Shown here piece after piece: positions 44,426-53,667 of a DNA stretch of 64,000 nt. The notes beneath the pieces were generated by a model. That model was not told the origin of the DNA. It did no database searches and worked only from the letters and a program-made list of their open reading frames with translations. This DNA is from Burkholderiales bacterium (GTDB lineage Bacteria > Pseudomonadota > Gammaproteobacteria > Burkholderiales > Sulfuriferulaceae): contig JBBQPT010000009.1 in the NCBI GenBank assembly GCA_038217005.1, forward strand, positions 839 through 64,838. Reading direction: 5' to 3'. The position numbers and the translations under genes are program-made. The first letter of the stretch is position 1, and each line of letters starts with the position of its first letter.

Positions 44426-44452
44426 TATTTATATTTACGAGGCAAAACTATA

Positions 44453-45100
44453 GTGCTTACTCAACTCCACTTGGCTGAACAGGTTAAATTTCTGGTTGGG
44501 CTGTTCGCCATCCTGAATCCATTAGGCGCAATTCCGATCTTTTTGAGTATGGCGGGTGACCGGCGACCGCAGGAAATGCACCGCACTGCATTAAAAACGG
44601 CGATTGCTGTGACCGTAATTCTGGTGTTTTCGGTATGGGCGGGTGATGGTGTGCTGGGATTCTTTGGCATAGGTATACCTGCGTTCAGGATTGCGGGTGG
44701 GTTGTTGGTGCTATTGATCGCCATTTCCATGTTTCACGCCAAGGTCAGTCCCGCACGGCATACCGATGCGGAAGAAATTGAAGCCGAGTCCAAGCTGGAT
44801 ATCGCCGTTGTGCCGTTGGCTATCCCCCTATTGGCAGGGCCGGGTGCGATTAGTCTGGTGATTGTTGATGCGCATCAGGCGGCGAGTTTGCTGGATAAGA
44901 TACTGTTTAGCGTGTCGATTACAGGTATAGGATTGCTGGTGTGGTTGGTATTGCGTTTGGCTGAGCCTATTGGTGAGCGTTTGGGTACGGCGGGATTGAA
45001 TATTGCGACACGGGTGATGGGGTTGATATTGGCGGCGATGGCAGTGCAGTTTATGGTTGATGGCTTGATTGTATTATTACCCGGCCTAGCGGCCAAATGA
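44453..45100 (+). CDS. MarC family membrane protein
   Basis: NPLG.IP.F, GIPAFRIAGG, VPLAIPLLAGPGAI and RVMGLIL motifs; GTG start. Confidence 0.92.
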   Translation: MLTQLHLAEQVKFLVGLFAILNPLGAIPIFLSMAGDRRPQEMHRTALKTAIAVTVILVFSVWAGDGVLGFFGIGIPAFRIAGGLLVLLIAISMFHAKVSPARHTDAEEIEAESKLDIAVVPLAIPLLAGPGAISLVIVDAHQAASLLDKILFSVSITGIGLLVWLVLRLAEPIGERLGTAGLNIATRVMGLILAAMAVQFMVDGLIVLLPGLAAK

Positions 45101-45852
45101 TCAGTTCCGTACACAATCCGCAGTACAAAGCCCTGAAAAAACTGGCTGACTCAACCAGCGAGCGGCGCGAGCAGGGGCAAACTTTACTTGATGGTGAGCA
45201 TTTGCTCTTAAGCTACCTCGCTACCGGACAGGTGCCACGTCTGGTTATCGTTGCCGAGTCGGCGGAGCAGCATCCGCTGTTGGCACGACTTGCCAACGTG
45301 CCTGTGTTGGCATTGTCGCAAGGACTGTTTAATACGTTGTCACCCGTAAAGACGCCAACGGGTTTGCTGTTGCTGGTTGATATTCCGCCTCGTGTTGTTC
45401 CTGCTGATGCCAGGTTTATCGTGTTGTTGGAAGCCATACAGGATCCAGGTAATCTCGGTGCAATGTTGCGTAGTTCGGCGGCGGCGGGGGTGGATGCGGT
45501 GTACTTGTCGGCGGGCTGCGCTGATGCCTGGTCACCCAAGGTCTTGCGTGGGGGCATGGGTGCACATTTTGCGACGCAGATTGTCGAGCACGCCAATTTG
45601 ATCACTGTTGCCCAACAATTCGACGGTCTCATTTGTGCAACTGCGCTTGATGCGCCAAACAGCTTATTCCAGACTGATCTGACGGGCAAAGTCGGTTTTG
45701 CCATGGGTAACGAAGGGGCGGGTCTATCCGCACAACTACGTGCCGCAACCAACTGTGCCATCAGCATACCCATGCCCGGGCAAGTTGAATCGCTCAACGC
45801 GGCGGCGGCGCTGGCGGTGTGTGTGTTTGAGCGGGTGCGTCAGTTGGGGTGA
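45097..45852 (+). CDS. TrmH/SpoU family RNA 2'-O-methyltransferase
   Basis: ISS..NP, IQDPGNLGAMLRS, GNEGAG and IPMPGQVESLNAA. Confidence 0.92.
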   Translation: MISSVHNPQYKALKKLADSTSERREQGQTLLDGEHLLLSYLATGQVPRLVIVAESAEQHPLLARLANVPVLALSQGLFNTLSPVKTPTGLLLLVDIPPRVVPADARFIVLLEAIQDPGNLGAMLRSSAAAGVDAVYLSAGCADAWSPKVLRGGMGAHFATQIVEHANLITVAQQFDGLICATALDAPNSLFQTDLTGKVGFAMGNEGAGLSAQLRAATNCAISIPMPGQVESLNAAAALAVCVFERVRQLG

Positions 45853-46630
45853 GGTTGTATTGGGTGAGTTCCACACGTAGTTGTCGCACTTCTGCGTGCA
45901 ATGCGCGGATGTCATGGTGCAGTTCTTCACGCAACTTTTTCTCATCTGCACCGATAAATATTGCCGCGATACTCGCCGTGGTGATAGATAGAATTGCCAG
46001 TCCAAATAATACATTGATGACAGCAAATACCCTTGAAGCATCGGTAGTGGGAACCAGATCGCCATAGCCTACTGTTGCGCCTGTGGTGAATGCCAGCCAT
46101 AAACCTTGGGTGTAAGTGTGTACCGTTGGTTCCAACCAATAAAATCCCGCACCCGAAAGCATGAATAATATCATTGCCCAGCCCAATAAATACGGCATGG
46201 CGCCAGGTGTGAACAGGTTGCGCATTGCGCCTAATACGCGCGCCAGCATGAGTGATACATAAGCTAGGCGAAACAGGCGCGCCAGTGGCAGCCATTCGCC
46301 ATCTACGCCAGTGAGGCTGATTGCGGCCCCGAGGATGATGAGTAAATTGAGCCAGTTGTGCAGCAGGTACAGTGACTTTTGTTCAACCAGATATAACATC
46401 CACACTAATTCTGAAATAAAGGCAACCAGGATGATTAAATCCAGTACTTGACCTAAATGCCTGAACCAGCCAGATTGTTGCGTGATTTCCAGATAAAACG
46501 CGGGCAGGGTGAGCAGGGCGACAATTAACATCAAGCGATGCAGGCGTTGCTCCCAAAGGTAAGCAATGGCTTTGTCATGTTTTGGTACGCCACCAATGCC
46601 GATGTAATGGCGGTAGTTGTCTATGCTCAT
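45794..46630 (-). CDS. Potassium channel (6-TM, Kv-like) with C-terminal coiled coil
   Basis: Selectivity filter TVGYGD; S4-like LARLFRLA; C-terminal heptad repeats. Confidence 0.88.
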   Translation of the reverse strand: MSIDNYRHYIGIGGVPKHDKAIAYLWEQRLHRLMLIVALLTLPAFYLEITQQSGWFRHLGQVLDLIILVAFISELVWMLYLVEQKSLYLLHNWLNLLIILGAAISLTGVDGEWLPLARLFRLAYVSLMLARVLGAMRNLFTPGAMPYLLGWAMILFMLSGAGFYWLEPTVHTYTQGLWLAFTTGATVGYGDLVPTTDASRVFAVINVLFGLAILSITTASIAAIFIGADEKKLREELHHDIRALHAEVRQLRVELTQYNLTPTDAPAQTHTPPAPPPR

Positions 46631-46640
46631 ATGGGCGCGC

Positions 46641-48068
46641 CTAATCAGGATAGTCGGGGGTGATGCTGTCAGCGTAGTCGTATAGATCTGATAATATCAC
46701 TTCACCACGCTCACCGGCAGTTTCAGCCAGTTGGTCTATGGTTTCGCTAAACTGGGTAAGCGTGCGGGCGCCGTGCTTGCCGTTGAATAATCTATCGGCG
46801 CAATGGCTGTGCCAGCGACTGGTTTCTTCTGTATCCAGTGTCGCGGGATAATTGCGTGCGCGGTAACGGAACAGCAGTTCATCCAGCCGCGCATCGCTAA
46901 AACTGGGGCGAGACTGTGACAGTGCTTCAGGGTCGAGACCGCGTAAGCGCGCGAGTAAGCGGCGATCGTCATTGCTAATAAAACCATTGTATAAATCTTC
47001 ATCGACATCAAGCGTGTCGGCATATTCGCGTTGATAAACTTCCCGCCAGGTCGCGCTCATGTCGCCTAGTTGCTGGCATGCAGCAGCGTTGGTCATGACC
47101 TTATCCATATCTAACCCCCAATGTTGGGCCTGTTCTGCAGTTAGCGTTTTGAGGGGGCTGACAACAGGAGATTTATTGATGTGTATGGTTTTGATCGGTA
47201 GCCGCGTGACGCCCGCAGGCAGCGCGTCAGTTTTGCTGAACATGCGCGTGCGCAGCGTGGCGACATCCAGTGTGGCGAGCTCGCTGGGGTCATATGCGCA
47301 ATCCCAGACGATGATTTCATTTTTATTGGTCGGGTGCGTGGCGAGCGGATAAGCCACCATGATGCAGCCCTGTTCTACCGGTATCATCCCCGAAATATGC
47401 ACAAACGGGCGCGGCGCATGCAGGCTAATTTGCTCGGTGACCGCATCTTTTTTATGCAGCTTGAAACAGAAATCAAACAGCTTGGGTTGGTTGGCGCGGA
47501 TAAGCCTGGCGAGGGCGATGGTCGCGCGCACGTCCGAGAGCGCGTCGTGGGCTGCGGTATGGCTGATGTTATTGGCTGCGGTGAGCAGTTCGAGACGGAA
47601 ACTTACGCGCCCATCGGCCCCCGTCGGCCAGTTGATGCCGTCAGGTCGCAGTGCATAAGCAGCGCGTACCACATCGAGGATGTCCCAGCGGCCGCAGCCG
47701 TTTTGCCATTCCCGCGCGTAAGGGTCGATAAGATTGCGCCAAAACATGAAACGCGTTACTTCATCGTCAAAACGTATGGTGTTGTAGCCCACGCCTATGG
47801 TATTGGTTTGCGCCAGTGCGGCCTCGATTGTGGCGGCAAATGCGGCTTCGCTGATGCCTTGCGTCAGGCAGGTTTGCGGGGTGATGCCAGTGATTAAACA
47901 GGACTGCGGATCGGGTAAATAGTCTGGCGCAGGCTGGCAATAACACATGATAGGTTCGCCGATTTCATTCAAATCCGCATCGGTGCGGATAGCGGCAAAT
48001 TGCGCGGGGCGGTCACTGCGGGTATTCACGCCAAAGGTTTCGTAATCGTGCCAGAGAAAAGTGTGCAT
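46641..48068 (-). CDS. sbcB: Exodeoxyribonuclease I
   Basis: WHDYETFG, DRPAQFAAIRTD, GYNTIRFDDE and AHDALSDVRATI. Confidence 0.96.
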   Translation of the reverse strand: MHTFLWHDYETFGVNTRSDRPAQFAAIRTDADLNEIGEPIMCYCQPAPDYLPDPQSCLITGITPQTCLTQGISEAAFAATIEAALAQTNTIGVGYNTIRFDDEVTRFMFWRNLIDPYAREWQNGCGRWDILDVVRAAYALRPDGINWPTGADGRVSFRLELLTAANNISHTAAHDALSDVRATIALARLIRANQPKLFDFCFKLHKKDAVTEQISLHAPRPFVHISGMIPVEQGCIMVAYPLATHPTNKNEIIVWDCAYDPSELATLDVATLRTRMFSKTDALPAGVTRLPIKTIHINKSPVVSPLKTLTAEQAQHWGLDMDKVMTNAAACQQLGDMSATWREVYQREYADTLDVDEDLYNGFISNDDRRLLARLRGLDPEALSQSRPSFSDARLDELLFRYRARNYPATLDTEETSRWHSHCADRLFNGKHGARTLTQFSETIDQLAETAGERGEVILSDLYDYADSITPDYPD

Positions 48069-48174
48069 AGTTGTTTTTGAATAAGGTTATCCCCGAATTA
48101 TTGCGGTTTCGCGCGGGAATGGCAATGCGCAAAATCAGTTACAATGCGAGATACCACAAATCGAGTCAAATATC

Positions 48175-49017
48175 ATGCTGAGTTACCGTCACGCCTTCCA
48201 TGCTGGCAACCATGCCGACGTGCTAAAACATTTCGTCCAGTTGCAAATTTTGCAATATTTCAATCAGAAAGATAAACCCTACTGGGCAATTGATACCCAT
48301 GCCGGTGCAGGTTTGTATGCGCTGGATAGCGGCTATGCGACGCAGAATGCCGAGTTTCAAAGTGGTATCGCCAAGCTCATCGCGCGCAATGATATGCCTG
48401 CAACCTTGGCTGAGTACGTGGATTTGGTTCGCGGCTTAAACCCAGATGGTGGGTTGAAAATCTATCCAGGCTCGCCATGGATAGCGATGCAAGTGTTGCG
48501 TAGTCAGGATCAATTGAAACTATTTGAACTGCATCCGACCGATAGCCAGTTGCTGCATGAGAATTTCGCCAGCGCGGGGCGACAAGTAAAGATCCAGGCG
48601 ATAGATGGATTTACCGGCTTAAAGGCGGTGCTCCCGCCTGCGCCGCGCCGCGGCTTTGTGCTCATCGATCCGCCGTATGAGGAAAAGCAGGATTACCAGC
48701 GCGTTCCCGCTGCGCTCAAGGATGCGCTTAAACGTTTTGAAACGGGTACTTACGCGGTCTGGTATCCGCAACTGCAGCGCCATGAGTCGCAACATTTTGT
48801 TGAGGCGCTCAAGCGCGTCCCCGCCAAATCATGGCTCAACGTCAGCCTTGCCGTGCAAACCCCGTCTGTGGACGGCTTTGGTATGCACGGTAGCGGCATG
48901 TTTATCATCAATCCACCGTGGACGTTGCATGCCACGCTCAAAACCGTGATGCCGTATCTGGTAAGTGTGTTGGGGCAGGATAAGGGTGCTGGGTTTGTGT
49001 TGGAGACGATGGGATGA
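48175..49017 (+). CDS. rlmJ: 23S rRNA m6A2030 methyltransferase
   Basis: MLSYRHAFHAGNHADVLKH, DTHAGAG and IDPPYE. Confidence 0.96.
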   Translation: MLSYRHAFHAGNHADVLKHFVQLQILQYFNQKDKPYWAIDTHAGAGLYALDSGYATQNAEFQSGIAKLIARNDMPATLAEYVDLVRGLNPDGGLKIYPGSPWIAMQVLRSQDQLKLFELHPTDSQLLHENFASAGRQVKIQAIDGFTGLKAVLPPAPRRGFVLIDPPYEEKQDYQRVPAALKDALKRFETGTYAVWYPQLQRHESQHFVEALKRVPAKSWLNVSLAVQTPSVDGFGMHGSGMFIINPPWTLHATLKTVMPYLVSVLGQDKGAGFVLETMG

Positions 49018-49021
49018 TGGG

Positions 49022-51115
49022 TCAGGCTCGCATCGTGCTGTGTTTTAGTTGCTGCTCAAACTGATCCACAGGCGTTGGTTTCCCAAATAGATAACCTTGG
49101 AAGCTCAGGCAGTGATGTTCGCAGAGAAAACTCCTCTGTTCCTCAGTTTCCACCCCTTCCGCAATAACTTCCATGCCTAGGTTGTTTGCCATTGCGATAA
49201 TGGTTTGCACGATGATCGCACTATCACAGTCGTGCGTGATATCGTGAATAAAGCTTTGGTCAATTTTTAGTTGATCTAGCGGTAATTTTTTCAGGCTGGA
49301 TAACGAAGAATGGCCAGTGCCAAAGTCATCCATTGAGAATTTGACGCCCAGTCGCTTGAGTGCCTGCATTTTTCCGACTATCTCATTGATATTACCCAAT
49401 ACCATGCTTTCAGTTAACTCAAGTTTGATGCGAGTTGGATTGATGCCTGTTTTGTGTAAAACGTCAGTGACTTGTTCGACAAAATCAGGGTGTTGGAATT
49501 GGCGGGGGCTTACGTTGACAGCAAGATGCAGGGACGCTTTATCGGCATCCGTTTCCCATACTTTTAATTGGTGGCAGGCCGTTTCCAGTACCCATAGACC
49601 TATCGGAATAATAAGCCCGGTTTCTTCTGCTATAGGTATGAAATCCGCTGGATTGATGATGCCATTGATAGGATGCTGCCAACGCAGCAATACTTCGGCG
49701 CCTTCAATCTTGCCCATGTTGTTTACCTGAGCCTGGTAATAAAGCTGCAGCTGATGTTGACTCAATGCCTGACTCAGATGCATTTCCAGTGAAGAGCGTT
49801 GTTCAATTGCAGCTTGCATAGCGGGATCAAAAAACTGCACTGTGTTACGCCCAGATTTTTTGGCTGAATACATGGCGATATCCGCTCGCTTCATCAGTTC
49901 ATCAATTGATTTGATGTGATGAGTCAGCATGGTGACACCTATGCTTGGTGTGCTCAGGCGATTGTTATTGGCAAGCTGATATGGTTGGCTGAGGCTAGCC
50001 ATTATTTTTGTAGTAAAAGCCTCAACTTGGTGAGCCGCTTCTTGTGGAAACTCACTCAAACCTTCCATGATGATGACAAATTCGTCCCCACCTACACGGG
50101 CAACGGTATCGCCTGCACGCACGCAGTGCGTCAGTCGTTGGCCAACCAGTTGCAGTAGCAGATCCCCAATGTTGTGTCCCAAGGTATCATTAATGTTTTT
50201 GAAGTTATCCAGATCGATGAACAGTAACGCCCCATGTTGGCCGCTGTGGCTACAGGTTGTTAAAGCGTGCTGAAGTCTCTCGGTGAAAAAGCGTCGGTTG
50301 GGCAGTTGGGTCAGTGAGTCATGAAGTGCCATTTCATGGATACGTTGCCGTTGCGAATTGAGTTCGGAAATATCGTGTCCTACCGCCAGCACCGTAGTCA
50401 TTACGCCGTTCAAGTCATATTCCGCAGTCAGTCGGATATGGCTACAGAATTCTTGTTGGTTCTTGCCTGTCCAATGCAATTCAAACTCGATATTCTGCCC
50501 TGTGGCAAATACCATACGTATTTTTTCTTCATATCGCGCAGCATTTTCCCCGCCAGGATGTTCAGTAGGTGTTTTGCCCAACAATGCCTCTTTACCCCCT
50601 TCTGTTATCGCACAGAAGGCGGGATTGGCATAGAGTCGCCGACAATTCTGGTCATAACGCGAGATCGTATTGGGGGAGTTTTCAACCAGGGTACGCCATT
50701 CCAGTTCTCGGGTTGCGAGTAATTCCTCTTTGTTTTTTCTGTCATTGATATTGAAAGTTACACCAATAAAGCGCTGACCTTGTCCATGGCAATCCATGCT
50801 TCTGCCATAGTTTGCATACCATATCCATGCGCCATCTTTACTGCGTAATCTGAACTCGCACCGATATTGTGAAGTGGCGCCAGCCAGATATTCGCTCACC
50901 GTGGTTTTGATGGTTGCAATGTCACTGGGGTGGACGATGGTGAACATGTCGTCGACTAATGAAGCTGTCTCTGCTTCGGTGTAGCCAAGTTCTGCGTAGG
51001 TCTTAATTGCCTTACGAGTAACCTCCCCAGTCACCAGGTTGTTTTCCCAAAGGTCGAGACCGGCCGCCTCTAAAGCAAGCGCCAAACGATCCTTGTCGAT
51101 GTCATGTTCTATCAT
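49022..51115 (-). CDS. PAS-PAS-GGDEF-EAL diguanylate cyclase/phosphodiesterase
   Basis: Two PAS/PAC domains; HDSLTQLPNRR, DLDNFK.INDTLGH and intact GGDEF; EVLLRW, ELTES, DDFGTG and AEGVET. Confidence 0.93.
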   Translation of the reverse strand: MIEHDIDKDRLALALEAAGLDLWENNLVTGEVTRKAIKTYAELGYTEAETASLVDDMFTIVHPSDIATIKTTVSEYLAGATSQYRCEFRLRSKDGAWIWYANYGRSMDCHGQGQRFIGVTFNINDRKNKEELLATRELEWRTLVENSPNTISRYDQNCRRLYANPAFCAITEGGKEALLGKTPTEHPGGENAARYEEKIRMVFATGQNIEFELHWTGKNQQEFCSHIRLTAEYDLNGVMTTVLAVGHDISELNSQRQRIHEMALHDSLTQLPNRRFFTERLQHALTTCSHSGQHGALLFIDLDNFKNINDTLGHNIGDLLLQLVGQRLTHCVRAGDTVARVGGDEFVIIMEGLSEFPQEAAHQVEAFTTKIMASLSQPYQLANNNRLSTPSIGVTMLTHHIKSIDELMKRADIAMYSAKKSGRNTVQFFDPAMQAAIEQRSSLEMHLSQALSQHQLQLYYQAQVNNMGKIEGAEVLLRWQHPINGIINPADFIPIAEETGLIIPIGLWVLETACHQLKVWETDADKASLHLAVNVSPRQFQHPDFVEQVTDVLHKTGINPTRIKLELTESMVLGNINEIVGKMQALKRLGVKFSMDDFGTGHSSLSSLKKLPLDQLKIDQSFIHDITHDCDSAIIVQTIIAMANNLGMEVIAEGVETEEQRSFLCEHHCLSFQGYLFGKPTPVDQFEQQLKHSTMRA

Positions 51116-51120
51116 GTCAT

Positions 51121-52305
51121 TCAGGCGGGGTAAGGTAGGGCGCCAGCATAGCCAATGTTACGGAGTAGCGTTGCAAATGATGTGACGACACCAGGTGTGT
51201 TATACAGTTCTGCTGCTGCGTTGATCTTGATGATACTCACGGTTTTTCCTGTACTGAGGCCAGTGTTTGCATCAAAATAAACGGCTAAGTCATCCGAAGC
51301 ATTAGAAAAACCCAGGCCAGTACTTTCTGAATAGTAGCAAATTGAGTCTGGCGCGATAATGCTGGGCGTATTACTCAGGCTGGTATACATAATCAGATTT
51401 TCATTCAGATTGTATATGGTGTAGGTTGCAGTGCTATTGGCCGGGTCGGGCGTATTGTCGAGGCGGATGATGCCAGTGTCCAGTGATGCATTGGTAGTCG
51501 ATTGAGTCACTGAGGTGATATAAAAGTTGGTGACTATGGCGGTTGCCGAGCGCCCGGTAATGTCAGTAATTTTCGCTGCTACTTCCTTGGTGATTGGTGG
51601 TGTTGTGGCGGTTAACAGAAATTTGCCGAGAGCCCAGGCCTGGGTCAAGGTTCCGGGAATATAGCTTCCAGTTAAAGCATAGTTGTTAGTTGCGTTAGAT
51701 GGCCAAAGCGTAATGCCTGAAAAATTACCGAATGCAGCAACGACTCCGCCAGCCAATGTTTCGGTTTGGGCTGCTGTGGCAGCATTTAAAATGGCGGATT
51801 GAATCGCAGTATGCTCATTAGCATCATTAGCCAGCACACATGGGCTCACTGCCAGTGTGGTGCTGCCGCTATAAGTTGTTTGTGGTAGTTCGGGTACTGC
51901 GCGTCCAGCACCATCCCCATTAACGACCCACATGCCATTGCTGGATATGGCGGCTGCGATGAGCGGCACTATCGAATTAATGGGCCCGATTTCTACTGGA
52001 ATGACACAGCCCAGGGTAAAACCAGTCGAAGACTGATAGGTGTTAGTCGTGTTTACGATAGAATAAGTTACATCCGTCAGTGTCAGCGAGTCCGCAGCAT
52101 CGGGCGAACCCATCAGCGCCAACACGGCACAATTGGTTTTGCCGTCGTAATCCTGCACCAGCACGGTGTCGTGCCAGCCACTATCGGCCAGTTCTTCGAT
52201 GACATTAACCGCATCGTTGTAGCTGCCACCGCCCCCGCTTGCTAATATCGCAGCGCCTGTAGCAATGTATTGGAAGTCAGTAATACCATACTCATAAACG
52301 CTCAT
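51121..52305 (-). CDS. DUF917 family protein (thiohydantoin desulfurase-like fold), atypical Thr/Ser/Asn-rich
   Basis: GAAILASGGGG, MGSP, PVEIGPINS and GDGAGRAVPEL match the DUF917 N-terminal motifs; AAAGGG RBS. Confidence 0.75.
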   Translation of the reverse strand: MSVYEYGITDFQYIATGAAILASGGGGSYNDAVNVIEELADSGWHDTVLVQDYDGKTNCAVLALMGSPDAADSLTLTDVTYSIVNTTNTYQSSTGFTLGCVIPVEIGPINSIVPLIAAAISSNGMWVVNGDGAGRAVPELPQTTYSGSTTLAVSPCVLANDANEHTAIQSAILNAATAAQTETLAGGVVAAFGNFSGITLWPSNATNNYALTGSYIPGTLTQAWALGKFLLTATTPPITKEVAAKITDITGRSATAIVTNFYITSVTQSTTNASLDTGIIRLDNTPDPANSTATYTIYNLNENLIMYTSLSNTPSIIAPDSICYYSESTGLGFSNASDDLAVYFDANTGLSTGKTVSIIKINAAAELYNTPGVVTSFATLLRNIGYAGALPYPA

Positions 52306-52380
52306 GATTTCCCTTTATATAGTGTGATTTTTCTACAAAATCATCTGGCAGGTACGTGCGATAAGTGTAAGGTAAAAGTG

Positions 52381-52653
52381 TTATGGGGCGCAAACGTATG
52401 TTGAGTAATTGCTATGCTTACTGCATTCAAAATTAAACGTTGGGTTTGCCATTATTAGGATGTCGGCATTGCCGATTAGCAGAGCAAGCTTTGCATTGCC
52501 GGTTTGTGTGCGGCAAAACGCATCTGCCAGCGCATCAATGTTTTCCTCGACCAGGTGTTGGTAGGAAACCAGCGACTCGACATCATTTTGGGAGAATGAG
52601 AATAAAGCCTTGTGCTGCTCCACCTGGAATTCAGTAATACGCATTTGTTCCAT
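52381..52653 (-). pseudogene. Truncated globin-coupled sensor (protoglobin) relic
   Basis: EQMRITEFQVEQHKALFSF...EENIDAL..F...QT...ALLIGNADIL resembles the N-terminus of globin-coupled diguanylate cyclases. Similarity stops near 52456, before the proximal His. Confidence 0.7.
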
Positions 52654-52953
52654 TCGTGTGACCTCGTTTTATATGTTTTTATAATTATTTTATGGGCATT
52701 CTGGTGCGTAGTGATGCTCTGTATCGCCCGTGTGATTCTAGGCTTAATGTTTATGGGTAGCAATAACCGTGAGGGGGAGTTTGTGGTTTGGGGTGAGCAA
52801 TAAGGTGTCAGTGCTCTTTGTGACGGATAAAGGCAGTCTTTTTGTGGTGAAAGCGCTGTTGTATTGCGTACTCTCATCAGCTTTTGTACTGTGCTGATGA
52901 AAATAGGGTGGTTAAATCAGGCCGTATTTTATTGCTTAATAATGTAACTTGTT

Positions 52954-53667
52954 TTAAACCTTATCTACGTCTGCGCCAAACACATCCATAAACGCTGTGT
53001 AATAAGTGATAAACGCTATCGGTATCATCACGATGAGTCCGATGAGCGGAAGCGTGGCGAGGAAGAAGAGCACAAACAGGCTAAAGCCATAAACCAGAAA
53101 TGCGCCGGCATTGGACAAAATGGCGATACTGCTGGCTTTCATGGCGTTGATGGGAGTGAGGTTGCCGAAGACGATGAGGGCAGGGGCGAACCAGTAGGTT
53201 GAGATCAGGAGTAATTGCAGGGTGACGCTGATGAGTATGGGCATGCGGTAATTGGCAAGCAGCGCCAGGGTTTCGGCGTTGGAATGGCCTGCGGTCAGGT
53301 CGCGAATTAAGCCTTCGCCACCGAGTTGTCCGACTATCAGTCCTATGATGAGCATGCCAGTGAGGTAGATGCCGCCTACGGTGATTAGCTGTGTGCCGTG
53401 GGTTTTGAAGGCTGCGAACAGGTGGCTGATTTCGAGTTTTTCACCTTGTTGCTGTGCATGGCACCCCATCAATAAGCCAGCGATGAGCGCGGGGTAAATG
53501 AGGGTAAATATGAGTCCACCCATTACGGGTACTGACATGAGCACTGCGCCGATAAGTATGACGGCGAGGCTTAACACTATCCACAGCAGGTAGCTTTTCT
53601 TGAATATGCCAAATGCAGATTTAATCCATTGCCAGCCGTGGCTGGCAGGTACGGTACGTGGGGTCAT
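52954..53667 (-). CDS. BPSS1780 family membrane protein
   Basis: PRTVPASHGWQWI start, hydrophobic core, WFAPAL; ATGA-type overlap with thrB. Confidence 0.82.
   Translation of the reverse strand: MTPRTVPASHGWQWIKSAFGIFKKSYLLWIVLSLAVILIGAVLMSVPVMGGLIFTLIYPALIAGLLMGCHAQQQGEKLEISHLFAAFKTHGTQLITVGGIYLTGMLIIGLIVGQLGGEGLIRDLTAGHSNAETLALLANYRMPILISVTLQLLLISTYWFAPALIVFGNLTPINAMKASSIAILSNAGAFLVYGFSLFVLFFLATLPLIGLIVMIPIAFITYYTAFMDVFGADVDKV

Noticed and set aside
45213-47897. Long shadow ORFs (45213-45797 minus, 47334-47897 plus; also 28715-29230 minus)
   Set aside because: Antisense frames of GC-rich conserved genes; no recognisable domains.
52476-52877. ORFs 52476-52877 (minus) and 52612-52803 (plus) around the globin relic
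   Set aside because: No motifs, poor RBS, and they overlap the relic in other frames; likely spurious.
52654-52953. Possible c-di-GMP riboswitch upstream of the globin relic
   Set aside because: No GEMM hallmarks (GGCAAAC, GNRA loop/receptor, GACGCAAAGC). Only an 8-bp hairpin, TCATCAGC/GCTGATGA at 52874-52900, without a U tract.
43007-52953. Mobile element or genomic island explaining the accessory stretch
   Set aside because: No integrase, transposase, terminal inverted repeats, flanking direct repeats or tRNA target seen, and housekeeping genes (sbcB, rlmJ) are interspersed.
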